From Candidatus Krumholzibacteriota bacterium (GTDB lineage: Bacteria > Krumholzibacteriota > Krumholzibacteriia > JAJRXK01), in assembly GCA_963727455.1 (NCBI GenBank), contig CAVSGG010000003.1, forward strand, positions 96,001 to 160,000: DNA of 64,000 nucleotides. Reading direction: 5' to 3'. A program made the translations under genes and the position numbers. Shown one piece after another: positions 18,771-28,124 of this stretch; the first letter of the stretch is position 1; each line of letters begins with the position of its first letter. The notes beneath the pieces are model-generated. The model did no database searches. It was not told where the DNA came from and saw nothing but the letters and a program-made list of their open reading frames with translations.

Positions 18771-19129
18771 AGATCCTCGCTTTGACGCCGGAGAACGACT
18801 GCGGCCCCGCGGGCGTTGCGGAGAGCGCCGGGCTTGTCCACCCGGACTCGCACCGATTCGACACGGGTATCCTGCAGGCACATTCCGGCCACGTCCCAGG
18901 CCACCGCTTCCAGGGTGAAGCGCCGCGCGGCGATCACCCGCTCTTCGATGGCAAGGGCCAGCTTCTCGTAGTCGACCGTGGCTTTCAGATCATCCTGACG
19001 CGCTGCGGACTCCAGATCCACCGAGAGCTGAAGATCGAGGACGATGTCTTGGGGGACCTCGCGCTCGTGCTCCTTCACTCCCACCGTGGCGCGCACTTTC
19101 AGGCCTTCGATGAGGATGAGATCGGGCAT
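18767..19129 (-). CDS. folB: Dihydroneopterin aldolase
   Basis: MPDLILIEGLKVRATVGVKEHER, TVDYE, TLEAVA, VDKPGA. Confidence 0.9.
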   Translation of the reverse strand: MPDLILIEGLKVRATVGVKEHEREVPQDIVLDLQLSVDLESAARQDDLKATVDYEKLALAIEERVIAARRFTLEAVAWDVAGMCLQDTRVESVRVRVDKPGALRNARGAAVVLRRQSEDL

Positions 19130-19136
19130 GGCTGTA

Positions 19137-19928
19137 CTACTTGGTGGTGCCGCCGAAGAAACTGTAGCCCACCGAGAGAACCACATTCCAGCCGCTGAAA
19201 TCCCAACCAACGGTTCCCAGCGGAAGTTGCTGGGAATCGGAGACTCCGTTGATCGAGGTCTCGACCGTGGTGCCGCTGGGATCTCCCATGTCCAAATAAT
19301 GATAGCCGCCGCGCATCGTCACCTTGGTTCCCGCAACGAAATCGAAATGGTACCCCAGGTAAGCCTGTGCGCTCAGGCCCGAGCCGGTCCAGTTTCCGCG
19401 GTAATGGGTATCGGAGTCCGGATCCAACTCGCTGACGATGTCGATACTCTCGCTCATGTCACTCCACCCGTATCCCAGGCCGCCACCAAGGAAAATGCCC
19501 TTGTCCACGGGGGGATACCAAGTGAGGTTCAAGCTGAGGTCCTGTAGCTTGGCATGGGTGTTGTCCAAGAAGCCCGTGTATTGGCCGCGCGATCCGGCGT
19601 AAGTATTGTTGCGCAGATCCCGCGACATGCGGCTGTACTCCACCGAAATCGCCACGCGATCCATCATTTGATAGGCCATCCCACCGCCCAAGTTGCCCGT
19701 GAGACCGAAGATCTCGTAGTTGGCCATAACATAGCTGTCGCGCAGGAAGGTCTCGTTCTTCTCGAGAGAGTTGTTTACCGAATCCATGTTCATGTTCAGG
19801 CCGCCGACCAAACCGTAGACGGTGACGCTTCCCTTGGGCGGCATGGACTGGGCGCTCGCATCGGGCACGAGAAAACTCAAACTGGCCACTGCCACCACAA
19901 GCCCAATCCAAACTCGATTCGCTCTCAC
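19137..19928 (-). CDS. Outer-membrane beta-barrel protein (small, OmpA/OmpW-like)
   Basis: GTG start with RBS GAAGGAG; signal peptide ending ASA; amphipathic strands; C-terminal FSGWNVVLSVGYSFF. Confidence 0.7.
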   Translation of the reverse strand: MRANRVWIGLVVAVASLSFLVPDASAQSMPPKGSVTVYGLVGGLNMNMDSVNNSLEKNETFLRDSYVMANYEIFGLTGNLGGGMAYQMMDRVAISVEYSRMSRDLRNNTYAGSRGQYTGFLDNTHAKLQDLSLNLTWYPPVDKGIFLGGGLGYGWSDMSESIDIVSELDPDSDTHYRGNWTGSGLSAQAYLGYHFDFVAGTKVTMRGGYHYLDMGDPSGTTVETSINGVSDSQQLPLGTVGWDFSGWNVVLSVGYSFFGGTTK

Positions 19929-20035
19929 GGTTTCTCCTTCAGGACGACTGCAAGCGGGCAATCTCGCCTCGTTTCGGCGAGGCGAGCCGCAGATCCACAC
20001 TCTACCCCCCCCACAGTGGGCGAGGCAGATGGAGG

Positions 20036-20064
20036 ATGGTAGCACCCCCATAGGGTGGAGTCCA
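20036..20064 (-). promoter_or_regulatory. Candidate sigma70 promoter for the beta-barrel gene
   Basis: TGGACT-N17-TACCAT with extended TG. Confidence 0.35.
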
Positions 20065-20133
20065 CCGGCCGCAAAAGCAAGGGGCCGCAGGGGCCCCAAG
20101 CTCTCCAAGTAGGATTTTCAGCCAAGCCGGGCC

Positions 20134-20751
20134 CTATTCCTGTCCGTGCCGCTCGGACTGGCCGTGGGCCCGGCCGCGCCGGCCCTTGTAGATGAGCCAA
20201 CCGCCGAAGTACACCAGCAGCAGCGGCCACCATTCCTCCATCCAGCGCAGGGACCAATCAAAGCGGGTGTGGAGGAAGAGGACGAGCCCCAAGAACACCA
20301 GCACCACACCCCAAGGGACGCTGCCTCGGCTGGGGAGCTCCAAGTCGCGGGGAAGCTCCTGCTGGAGCTGATGACCCTGCACGAATTGATTGTACAGAGC
20401 TGCGCGCCGGTAGGCGTCGATGATGCCAAAGAACCACCAGAACCCCAAAAAGATCCCCAAGAAAGGCTCGAGATCGTGGAAGTCGTTGGAAGACAGCATC
20501 GCGATCACTCCGGCGAAAACCAGGGCCTGCACGAAGCCGCGCTGGTAATAGCCGACATAGATGTTGCCCAACCCCGGAATCATGGCCGAAAGAAACGCCG
20601 CCCAGCCGGGAGCCTTGAGCCCCACTGTAGGAGCCGGGGCGGGTGGGGGTCCCGCGGGAGGCCACTGGCCCTGGGCATTCGCCGAGCGCGGTGCACCCTG
20701 GGAGGAAGGATCCGGGCCGTAGCCGCTCTGGTACTCGTGACTCTCACTCAT
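20134..20751 (-). CDS. Membrane protein (TM2-like plus LiaF/DUF5668-like) in ECF operon
   Basis: AAFLSAMIPGLGNIYVG, IIDAYRRA, GVVLVFLGLVLFL..WWPLLLVYFG. Confidence 0.7.
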   Translation of the reverse strand: MSESHEYQSGYGPDPSSQGAPRSANAQGQWPPAGPPPAPAPTVGLKAPGWAAFLSAMIPGLGNIYVGYYQRGFVQALVFAGVIAMLSSNDFHDLEPFLGIFLGFWWFFGIIDAYRRAALYNQFVQGHQLQQELPRDLELPSRGSVPWGVVLVFLGLVLFLHTRFDWSLRWMEEWWPLLLVYFGGWLIYKGRRGRAHGQSERHGQE

Positions 20752-21631
20752 GGTTCGCTCCTTGCCTTGGAAGATCGGGATTCGGGTTCCCCCCGAGGCC
20801 CGCTGGGTCCTCTTGGGATCGAGGATGACGCAGTCCGCGCCAGATGTGATGGAATCCACCGTTGATGTCCTGGAGTGCCGGTGCGACCGCCGCGTTTTCG
20901 CGGCCGGTGACGGCGGAAAAGAGATCGCCCACGCCATCCATCAATTCGCGCACACCCGTCCAGGCTTCGGATCGTGCTTGCAAAGCACGCAGGAAGCCGC
21001 TCTTGCTCTCACGAAGATGCCGCTGCGCCGGACTGAACGTGCGGTCCAGGGTCTCGCTCGTCAGCGGTCGCAAATCCTGCGGCAGGGGAATCCCGGCCAT
21101 CACCGCGGGCTGACTCTCGCCCTTCAGCCAGTGCAAGCTCTGCTGAGCCACCGAGTGGAAGGGGGAAACCGGGGTCCCCGCCAGAAGCAGGACAAGAAGG
21201 GTGGCGACATAGGCTGCTTCCAGAGGAAACAGCGGGCGTTGCAGAGCCCGTTGCCAACGCCCTCGGGCGGAAGCGAAAATACTGGCCGGCCCAAAGAAAA
21301 AATCTCCCAGACGCTCTTGGGTGCTGCGCCACAGGCCGGCGACCCCGTGCGGGGCCAAGCTGGTGCGCGCTAAAATCGCTGCGGTGCACGCTTCGCCGGG
21401 TTCCTCTTCGACCATCGCGGGAAAGACGTCCTTCAACCAGGCCAGCGCCTCCGCCATGCCGCGGCATTCTTCGCAATGTTCCAGGTGGAGTTCGACCAGC
21501 TCGCGCTCGGCCGCGCGCAGTCCGCCGGCGTCGAAAGCCAGCAGTCGTTCGTGACAGCGCGCGCAGCTCTTGCCGGAAGTCGCGGCGAGGATGGCATCTG
21601 TCAAACGCTCGTCGTCGTGGGAGCGATTCAC
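20744..21631 (-). CDS. Zinc-finger (zf-HC2) anti-sigma factor, membrane-anchored
   Basis: HLEHCEECR HxxxCxxC motif and one TM helix; overlaps the sigma stop. Confidence 0.85.
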   Translation of the reverse strand: MNRSHDDERLTDAILAATSGKSCARCHERLLAFDAGGLRAAERELVELHLEHCEECRGMAEALAWLKDVFPAMVEEEPGEACTAAILARTSLAPHGVAGLWRSTQERLGDFFFGPASIFASARGRWQRALQRPLFPLEAAYVATLLVLLLAGTPVSPFHSVAQQSLHWLKGESQPAVMAGIPLPQDLRPLTSETLDRTFSPAQRHLRESKSGFLRALQARSEAWTGVRELMDGVGDLFSAVTGRENAAVAPALQDINGGFHHIWRGLRHPRSQEDPAGLGGNPNPDLPRQGANHE

Positions 21632-22203
21632 CTTGCACCTCCCGCCGCTTCGGGTCCGGAGACCATACGCCGGATCTGTCCCGCCAGTGCGAGGCGCGCG
21701 CGACTGCTGCGCGACTTTACCGTTCCGACCGGGAGATCGAGCATGCTCGCGATCTCTTCGAAGCTCAGACCTTGAATGTCCTTCAGGAGCAAAATCTCGC
21801 GGTTGATCTCGCCGAGTTCGGCCAGCGCGCGATGCACAAGCCGCTTGCGTGTCTGCAGATGGGCAAGCTCGTCGGCCGCGAGCCCCGGCGCGGAGAGGTC
21901 GTGCATTTCCTCGATGGGAACGTCTTGGGCCGGAGGACGGGCCTTCTGCCGGCGCAAGAAATCGCGGCAGGCATTGCGCGCGATCGAGAGCATCCAGCTC
22001 TCAAAGCGCCGGGGGTCCTCACAGCTCGCCAGATGCCGATAGATCTTCACGAAGATCTCCTGCGTCAGGTCCCGCGCATCGTCCCGGCTGCCCACGAAGT
22101 GGTAGGCGAAGCCGCAGACACGCGCTTGATAGCGCCGCACGAGGGCCTCCCATGCCATCTCATCGCCGTCTTGGCAATACTGCAGCAGCTCAGGTAGCTC
22201 CAT
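21628..22203 (-). CDS. ECF RNA polymerase sigma-70 factor
   Basis: DARDLTQEIFVKIY, FESWMLSIARN, GLSFEEIASMLDLPVGTVKSRSSRAR. ATG 22203. Confidence 0.93.
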   Translation of the reverse strand: MELPELLQYCQDGDEMAWEALVRRYQARVCGFAYHFVGSRDDARDLTQEIFVKIYRHLASCEDPRRFESWMLSIARNACRDFLRRQKARPPAQDVPIEEMHDLSAPGLAADELAHLQTRKRLVHRALAELGEINREILLLKDIQGLSFEEIASMLDLPVGTVKSRSSRARLALAGQIRRMVSGPEAAGGAR

Positions 22204-22228
22204 GGAAACCCTTCGCGCCCTCTGTAAG

Positions 22229-22315
22229 TTGCGGCGATTCGTCGCGCCGGTCGAAGCTTGCGGCGATTCGTCGCGCCGGTCGAAGCTTGCGGCGATTCCT
22301 CGCGCCGGTTCGGCT
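22229..22315. repeat. 29-bp tandem repeat, 2 exact copies plus 1 degenerate
   Basis: Unit TTGCGGCGATTCGTCGCGCCGGTCGAAGC at 22229-22257 and 22258-22286; degenerate copy from 22287. Confidence 0.9.
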
Positions 22316-22724
22316 TCGTCTCTAGCTCCTCGATCCGGCCAGGTAGCCACTCCAGCTTGGTCCGAATCCCCGCGGAAGGGAAGCCTGGCCTGGGACTTCA
22401 GCCCCGAGCTTTCTCCTCCGCTTCCTAAGGATGGACGCGCGGCGTGCTCGACGGGTTCGCCCGTTCTTGAACTTTTGTCAGTCCGGGATGGCCTCGAGGC
22501 ACTGGCGGCTCGAGGCCGCGCAGCACGGGAACGCCAAAGAAAGAGGAATCGGTTTCGCAAGTGGGTAAATTTGCTACTCTTGGGGCGGTGAACTTCCCCG
22601 GGCCGCCGAACGCCCCGTGGCGGGGAGCGTCTCGAGGCGCCGAATCCTCCGATGCGCAGGATTCAACCGCTGACCCGGGCAGAAAGACCATCGGGAAATC
22701 TGTCCGCATCCTTGAAGGCTTCGC

Positions 22725-25157
22725 GTGAACGCAAACCCACGGCAAGCTCGATCGGATCCCTCTCCAAGCCTCATTGCCGCGGGAGGGGATCGTTCCCCTC
22801 GCTCCACTTCGACTCTCGACGATCCGGTGTGGAGACTCTGTCTCGTCGCGGCCAGCGCCTCGCTCTTGGCCGCCCTTTCCCATTGGATCTTCGGCCACGG
22901 AAGCATCGCGGGGATCTGGCTGCTCGCAATCATCACCGGCCTGGGGTGGCTGGCCACGGTGCGCATGCTGCTCCTCGACACGCGCCTGCGCATTGCGTGG
23001 ATCGTTTGGCTCGTCTTCGGTCTCCTCACGCTGGCGGTGGCCCACTCGGTCGGAATGGCCAGCTTTACTTCCCTGACCTTCCTGCTGTTTCGGCGCTACC
23101 AGCCTTTGCGGCAGCTCAGCTCCATACGCCGCGCGAAACTTTTCGGACTGGCTTTTTTGTGTACCCCGCTCCTGATCGCGGGCGTCTCCACCGGCGAATC
23201 GCAGGGCGCGCTTGCCATTTTGGGGAACGAAGTCACCCGCTACGCCGTCTTGTCCTTGGCCGCGTTTTGGATCATGACCATCCTGCAGCTCGCATTTCGC
23301 GCGCGCCTGCACTTCCTCCGCCTCAAGCCGAAGCTCGCCATCGCGGTCCTCTTGATCGCCTTCGTGCCCCTGGTGTTGGTCGTCACTCTGGGATTTCTCG
23401 TGGGTTACGGCGCGCTCGGCGGACGCTCCGCCGACCGCGGCGGAGCGATTCTGAAAGATTGGGCGCGGCTCGTGGATCAGCACCCCGAGAACGGCGCTCT
23501 GCTCTTCGGCCCCGGCTTCACCGATCCACCCGCTGCGGGACAGGAAGTTCCCTGGTGGACGAAGCAATTCCGCGAAGCCCTGGCCAAGACACCCAGCTCC
23601 ACCGCGTGGGCCCCCAGCGACACGACCGCATTCTTCGTCTTGGGCAAGGAAATGTGGTTGCTGCGCATCCGGGGGATCCGTGCCGAGAGTAGTCCACGCT
23701 TGCAGGGCTGGCCGGTGCGTCAAGAGCTGATGGACCATCTCTCCGCGCTCCTGCATGCGAATTCGCGTTTGGCATTGAAGCTCGAGACGGCGGGCGCCTT
23801 CTTCGGAAAGTCCAATGTTGCCGCGGGCGATTGGGTAGTCGATGGCCACTACTATGCGGTGGTGGATTCTTCGAAGAGCGTGTTCGAGCGTCCTCTCTAT
23901 TTCGGGGGCACTCAGATCCAGGCCATCGAACTCGCGAACGACAAGCTCAAGCAAGATTCCGTGCTCCTCACCTTCAGCGTGAGTCCGGCCGAACTCGCGC
24001 GGGATTTCGTCTCGGGGAACAACGAGGTCAGCCAGGGTCTGGTTTTGCTCTTGGCCATTCTGGCCGCGCTCTTTCTCTTCGTGGAATTGGCTTCGCTCTT
24101 CTTTGGACTGCGCATCTCCACCGGGATCACATCGGCCGTCAAGGCGCTGCACAGGGGCACCGAGGAGCTCGCGCGCGGTAATCTCGACACACACATCAGC
24201 GTGCCCAACGAAGACGAGTTCGGGGATCTCGCACGATCGTTCAACGAGATGACCCTGGCGGTAAAACAGGGACAACACGAACTGCTCGAACGCGAGAGGC
24301 TCCAGCGGGAACTCGAAACGGCTCGCGAAATCCAGCAACGGCTCTTGCCTTCCGCGGTGCCACAGCTCCCTGGATTTTCCATCGCCGGTATCTCGGAGCC
24401 CAGTCGGCAAGTGGGTGGCGACTACTACGACTTTCTCCGCCTTCCCAATTCGAATCTCGGGATTGCGGTGGGCGACGTTTCGGGTAAGGGAATTCCGGCC
24501 GCTCTCTTGATGTCGAACCTGCAAGCCAGCCTCAAGGGACAGATCCTGCACGGGGGCAGCGTGTCCAGAACGGTGGCGCTGGTGAATCAACTTCTGGTGT
24601 CCTCGACCGACACGAACATGTTCGCCACCTTCTTCTACGGCGAGCTCGATCCCCGGGCGGGCACTTTCACCTCCAGTAACGCCGGCCACGATCCGCCCAT
24701 CCTCTGCCGCGCCGACGGCAGCATCGAGCGCCTCTCCACTGGAGGCCTCATCCTGGGCATCATGGATGAGACCAAATACGAGGAGAGCACGCTGCGTATG
24801 AACGAGGGGGACGTCCTGGTGGTCTACACCGACGGGATCACCGAGGCGCAGGGACCTCTGCCCCAACTGCCGTCCTCAAAGCAGGGAAATTCCGCGCCGG
24901 CTGCACGCGGAGTGCTTGGCGCGGCGGAGCGCGCGCAGGGAGGAGAACTCGCAAGTGGAGCCTCCGAAGTCCAAGACGACAGGGTAAACCTCTTCGAGGA
25001 AGAGCGGCTCATCGACGTCATCCTCGCCAACCGCGGCCGGAGCGCCCAGGAGATCGAGCACGCCATTCTCGACGCGGTCAAGCGGCACGTGGGGAACATC
25101 CCGCAGTCGGACGACATCACCTTAGTGGTGATCAAGCGCGACTCGCATCACTCCTGA
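22725..25157 (+). CDS. Membrane SpoIIE/RsbU-type PP2C phosphatase with HAMP domain
   Basis: Multiple TMs; HAMP DEFGDLARSFNEM; VGGDYYD, VGDVSGKG, NAGH, YTDGITEA, SDDITLVV. Confidence 0.9.
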   Translation: MNANPRQARSDPSPSLIAAGGDRSPRSTSTLDDPVWRLCLVAASASLLAALSHWIFGHGSIAGIWLLAIITGLGWLATVRMLLLDTRLRIAWIVWLVFGLLTLAVAHSVGMASFTSLTFLLFRRYQPLRQLSSIRRAKLFGLAFLCTPLLIAGVSTGESQGALAILGNEVTRYAVLSLAAFWIMTILQLAFRARLHFLRLKPKLAIAVLLIAFVPLVLVVTLGFLVGYGALGGRSADRGGAILKDWARLVDQHPENGALLFGPGFTDPPAAGQEVPWWTKQFREALAKTPSSTAWAPSDTTAFFVLGKEMWLLRIRGIRAESSPRLQGWPVRQELMDHLSALLHANSRLALKLETAGAFFGKSNVAAGDWVVDGHYYAVVDSSKSVFERPLYFGGTQIQAIELANDKLKQDSVLLTFSVSPAELARDFVSGNNEVSQGLVLLLAILAALFLFVELASLFFGLRISTGITSAVKALHRGTEELARGNLDTHISVPNEDEFGDLARSFNEMTLAVKQGQHELLERERLQRELETAREIQQRLLPSAVPQLPGFSIAGISEPSRQVGGDYYDFLRLPNSNLGIAVGDVSGKGIPAALLMSNLQASLKGQILHGGSVSRTVALVNQLLVSSTDTNMFATFFYGELDPRAGTFTSSNAGHDPPILCRADGSIERLSTGGLILGIMDETKYEESTLRMNEGDVLVVYTDGITEAQGPLPQLPSSKQGNSAPAARGVLGAAERAQGGELASGASEVQDDRVNLFEEERLIDVILANRGRSAQEIEHAILDAVKRHVGNIPQSDDITLVVIKRDSHHS

Positions 25158-25783
25158 ATCGCCGACAGCAGGCCTTTCTTCATGTCCTTGGAGGCGGGGT
25201 CCTTGCCGAACCACACGCTCCATAGGGCCTGCGTGAAGATGGGGTTCTTGATGACGCCGAGCTCCTTGCCATTGAGCGAGGTGTGGAGCCCGCTCGCGGG
25301 CACGTACTCGAAGATGATGAGGTCCTTGTCCTGCGCGTCACGCGTCCAGTAGGACTTGAAGGTCTCGAGTTCCACGGCAAAGGAGTCCATTTTGTCGCCG
25401 TAGTTCTTCTCGATGTCGTGCTGGAAAGCGTTGATAAGTTTGTCGCGCGAGAACCCGCGCCGCAGATCCATCTGCAAGCGCTTGGGCACATCGGCCATGA
25501 TGAGAGCGGTGGCGGGATCGCTTCCCAGATCGGTGCCCTTTTCCACGTACGATACGATGGTGTACACGTCGACCTTCATGAAGGTCTTTTCGCGCAGCGC
25601 GGTGCCGGTGGCGACCAGCTCGACCGGCTTTTGGGCAATTTCGATCGTGATCTCGTCGGGGTAGCTCTTGCCGCTCTTCTCCTCGGTGATTCCCAGTGCA
25701 AGTTGGGGAATGCTCAGGAAAGCCAAAACGGCGAGTGGCATCCAGGAGCGCGTTCTCAGCTTCGAACGGGATCGGGTCTTCAT
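25148..25783 (-). CDS. Chalcone isomerase-like fold secreted protein
   Basis: ATGTALREKTFMKVDVY, FTQALWSVWFGKDPASKDMKKGLL; signal peptide. Confidence 0.8.
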   Translation of the reverse strand: MKTRSRSKLRTRSWMPLAVLAFLSIPQLALGITEEKSGKSYPDEITIEIAQKPVELVATGTALREKTFMKVDVYTIVSYVEKGTDLGSDPATALIMADVPKRLQMDLRRGFSRDKLINAFQHDIEKNYGDKMDSFAVELETFKSYWTRDAQDKDLIIFEYVPASGLHTSLNGKELGVIKNPIFTQALWSVWFGKDPASKDMKKGLLSAIQE

Positions 25784-25961
25784 GAGAGGGCTCCCCCTTC
25801 TCCGGCGTGGTCTAGGGAAATTGGCCGGTATTTCGGCGACCTTTCCTCGAGCATAGCCCGGCATCGCCACCAGGTCCATTTGGAACCCGCGGGGGAGCTG
25901 GGGGGTTCCCGAAAGACTCCGTTGCAGACAGATCGAGGGCCCTTGGCTAAGCTGAGGCGTC

Positions 25962-27308
25962 ATGAGTCTCTTCGACATCGTCGCCATTCTGCTGCTTCTG
26001 GCCGCAGTCTTCGGCTATCTGAACACACGCTATCTTCGCCTGCCGCCCTCGGTGGGGCTCCTTCTCATCAGCCTGGGCAGTTCGCTGGGCGTCATGCTAG
26101 TGCACCTTTGTTTCCCCGGGCTGGGACTCATCGACGTCATCCGGAACTACTTCCAGAACATCGATTTCAACGAAGCCCTCATGCACGGCATGCTGGGCTT
26201 TCTCCTTTTCGCGGGGGCGCTGCACGCCGACCTCGATTACTTCGCGCAGCGACGTTGGACGATTGCTCTCTTGGCGACAGTGGGGCTTCTCATTTCCACC
26301 GCCTTGATCGGGGTGATGAGCCGTTTCCTCTTCGCCTGGCTGGGTTACGCCGTGCCCTGGCTGGTGTGCCTGCTTTTCGGAGCACTCATCTCGCCGACCG
26401 ATCCGATTTCGGTGATGGGCACTCTGAAAACCCTGCATGCCCCGCCGCGATTGGAAGCAAAGATCGCCGGCGAGTCGCTCTTCAACGATGGCGTGGCCGT
26501 GGTGGTGTTCACCGCTCTTTTGGAGATGTTGCACTCCTCGATGGGAGGCGCTCCAGGCGCACTCGGTGCGGCGGCGGTACACGGAGCCGCGGCAACACAC
26601 GGCGCGGTCGCCAAGTCATTGGACGTCGCCGGCGCGCACCTCGCCGGCGGCGGGTCGCTGGGACCCCTGGATATCGCGTGGCTCTTCTTGCGCGAGGCGG
26701 GCGGCGGGATCCTGCTTGGCTTCGTCTCGGGTTTCTTGGCCTACCGCATGATGTTGGCCATCGACGATTACAAGGTGGAGGTCCTCATCACCATTGCTCT
26801 GGTAATGAGTTCCTATGCGCTGGCGATGCGTCTGCACATTTCCGGACCCATCGCGGTGGTGGTCTCGGGACTCTTGATCGGAAACCGCGGGCGCAGCTAT
26901 GCGATGAGCGATACGGTTGCCGACTATCTGGAGAAGTTCTGGGAGCTCTTGGATGAAATTCTGAACGCGGTGTTGTTTCTGCTCATCGGGGTGGAAGTCA
27001 TCGTGGTGGACTTCCAGACGCGGGGAGCCTTGGCGGGTCTGATCATCATCGCCGTGGTGCTCTTAGCGCGCTTCATTTCGGTGGCGGTGCCCATCAACCT
27101 TATGCGCCGCTGGAGCGAGTTCTCCGACGGAGTGATCCGAATTCTCACCTGGTCCGGCCTGCGCGGCGGCATCTCGGTGGCGCTCGTTCTTTCCCTGCCA
27201 CAGATCCCCGAGAAGCAGTTGCTCCTCACCTGCACCTACGTCGTGGTGCTGTTCTCGATTCTGGTGCAGGGCACCACGGTGTCGAGAGTCTTGAAGAGGT
27301 ATTTGTGA
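25962..27308 (+). CDS. Na+/H+ antiporter, CPA1 (NhaP-type)
   Basis: FGALISPTDPISV, AGESLFNDG, WSGLRGGISVAL. Confidence 0.93.
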   Translation: MSLFDIVAILLLLAAVFGYLNTRYLRLPPSVGLLLISLGSSLGVMLVHLCFPGLGLIDVIRNYFQNIDFNEALMHGMLGFLLFAGALHADLDYFAQRRWTIALLATVGLLISTALIGVMSRFLFAWLGYAVPWLVCLLFGALISPTDPISVMGTLKTLHAPPRLEAKIAGESLFNDGVAVVVFTALLEMLHSSMGGAPGALGAAAVHGAAATHGAVAKSLDVAGAHLAGGGSLGPLDIAWLFLREAGGGILLGFVSGFLAYRMMLAIDDYKVEVLITIALVMSSYALAMRLHISGPIAVVVSGLLIGNRGRSYAMSDTVADYLEKFWELLDEILNAVLFLLIGVEVIVVDFQTRGALAGLIIIAVVLLARFISVAVPINLMRRWSEFSDGVIRILTWSGLRGGISVALVLSLPQIPEKQLLLTCTYVVVLFSILVQGTTVSRVLKRYL

Positions 27309-27339
27309 TTCGACCCGCTCTCAGATTGGATGGAAACGA

Positions 27340-27424
27340 CTGGAATCTCCGTTATCGTAGGTTGGTCCTGTAGCTCCAGAGCCACACGAGTGGTGATGAC
27401 ACTCAAGAAATCGGAGGATTCCGG
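27340..27424 (+). ncRNA. Structured non-coding left end of IS110 (possible bridge/seek RNA remnant)
   Basis: CTGGAATCTCCG (27340-27351) pairs with CGGAGGATTCCGG (27412-27424); inner hairpin GAGTG-N7-CACTC; directly 5' of the IS110 ATG. Confidence 0.4.
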
Positions 27425-27426
27425 CC

Positions 27427-27819
27427 ATGAATCAGTGTATCTCTGTGGGTCTCGATGTGCACGCCGAATCCATTACCGCTGCCATTCTTGAGGGTGATTC
27501 TCCGGATCTCGAGGTTCTGACACTTTCTGGGGATCTGATGAGGGTTCGCCGGCTCTCTCGCAGCTTGTCCTCCAAGGGATCAATCCGTGACTGCCATGAA
27601 GCTTCGGGATCGGGCTTGGTGCTGCAGCGCGTTCTGAGCCGCGACGGCTTCCAGTGTGAAGTCATCGCGCCTTCTCTTATTCCCCGCAAGCCTGGAGATC
27701 GACGCAAGGCCGATCGTCTCGACGCGATCATCTTGGCTCGGATCTTTCGAAGTGACCACTTGACTCCCGTCCACATCCCAACGGAGGACCGGCAGGCCCT
27801 ACGCCGGCTGTTCTTGTAA
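27427..27819 (+). pseudogene. Truncated IS110-family transposase (N-terminal DEDD domain only)
   Basis: VGLDVHAESI, CHEASGSG, VIAPSLIPRKPGDRRKADRLDA; stops at 130 aa with no C-terminal Tnp domain visible. Confidence 0.85.
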
Positions 27820-28124
27820 TCCAAACCCCGCTTGCAATAGAATCGTTCTGACGAGGGAGATGCCATGTCACGGCACACTATCCAGTCTCTGGTTGCTTTC
27901 TGCCCACCGCGGGCTTCGGGCTGCGACCACACTAATGTGGATCCCGCTTCGCTACCCTTCGAACATCATGGAAAATGCCGCGTTCCGGTGAGGTCCTGTT
28001 GCTCTGACCATTCGTGGAACGAACAAGTCAAGGTGCCGCCGAGCGCCTCGGGGTGCGGCAACAGTAACACTCAAATCTCATCAAGATCATATTGTCATGG
28101 AGGCCTACCGACTAAGGAGTGGCC

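Noticed and set aside
22229-22315. Possible mini-CRISPR (29-bp palindromic repeat)
   Set aside because: Copies are directly adjacent with no spacers, and there are no cas genes in the window.
22560-22720. GC-rich stems resembling a tRNA or tmRNA
   Set aside because: No T-loop, anticodon arm or acceptor stem pattern could be built.
22425-24866. Long antisense ORFs (also 13409-15295, 25283-26956 alternate frame, 49061-50965, 53350-54702)
   Set aside because: They overlap well-supported genes and are expected artefacts of high-GC codon usage.
27820-28110. Continuation of the IS110 transposase or small ORF 27865-28146
   Set aside because: No recognisable IS110 C-terminal motif in the track translations or by eye, and no coding features.
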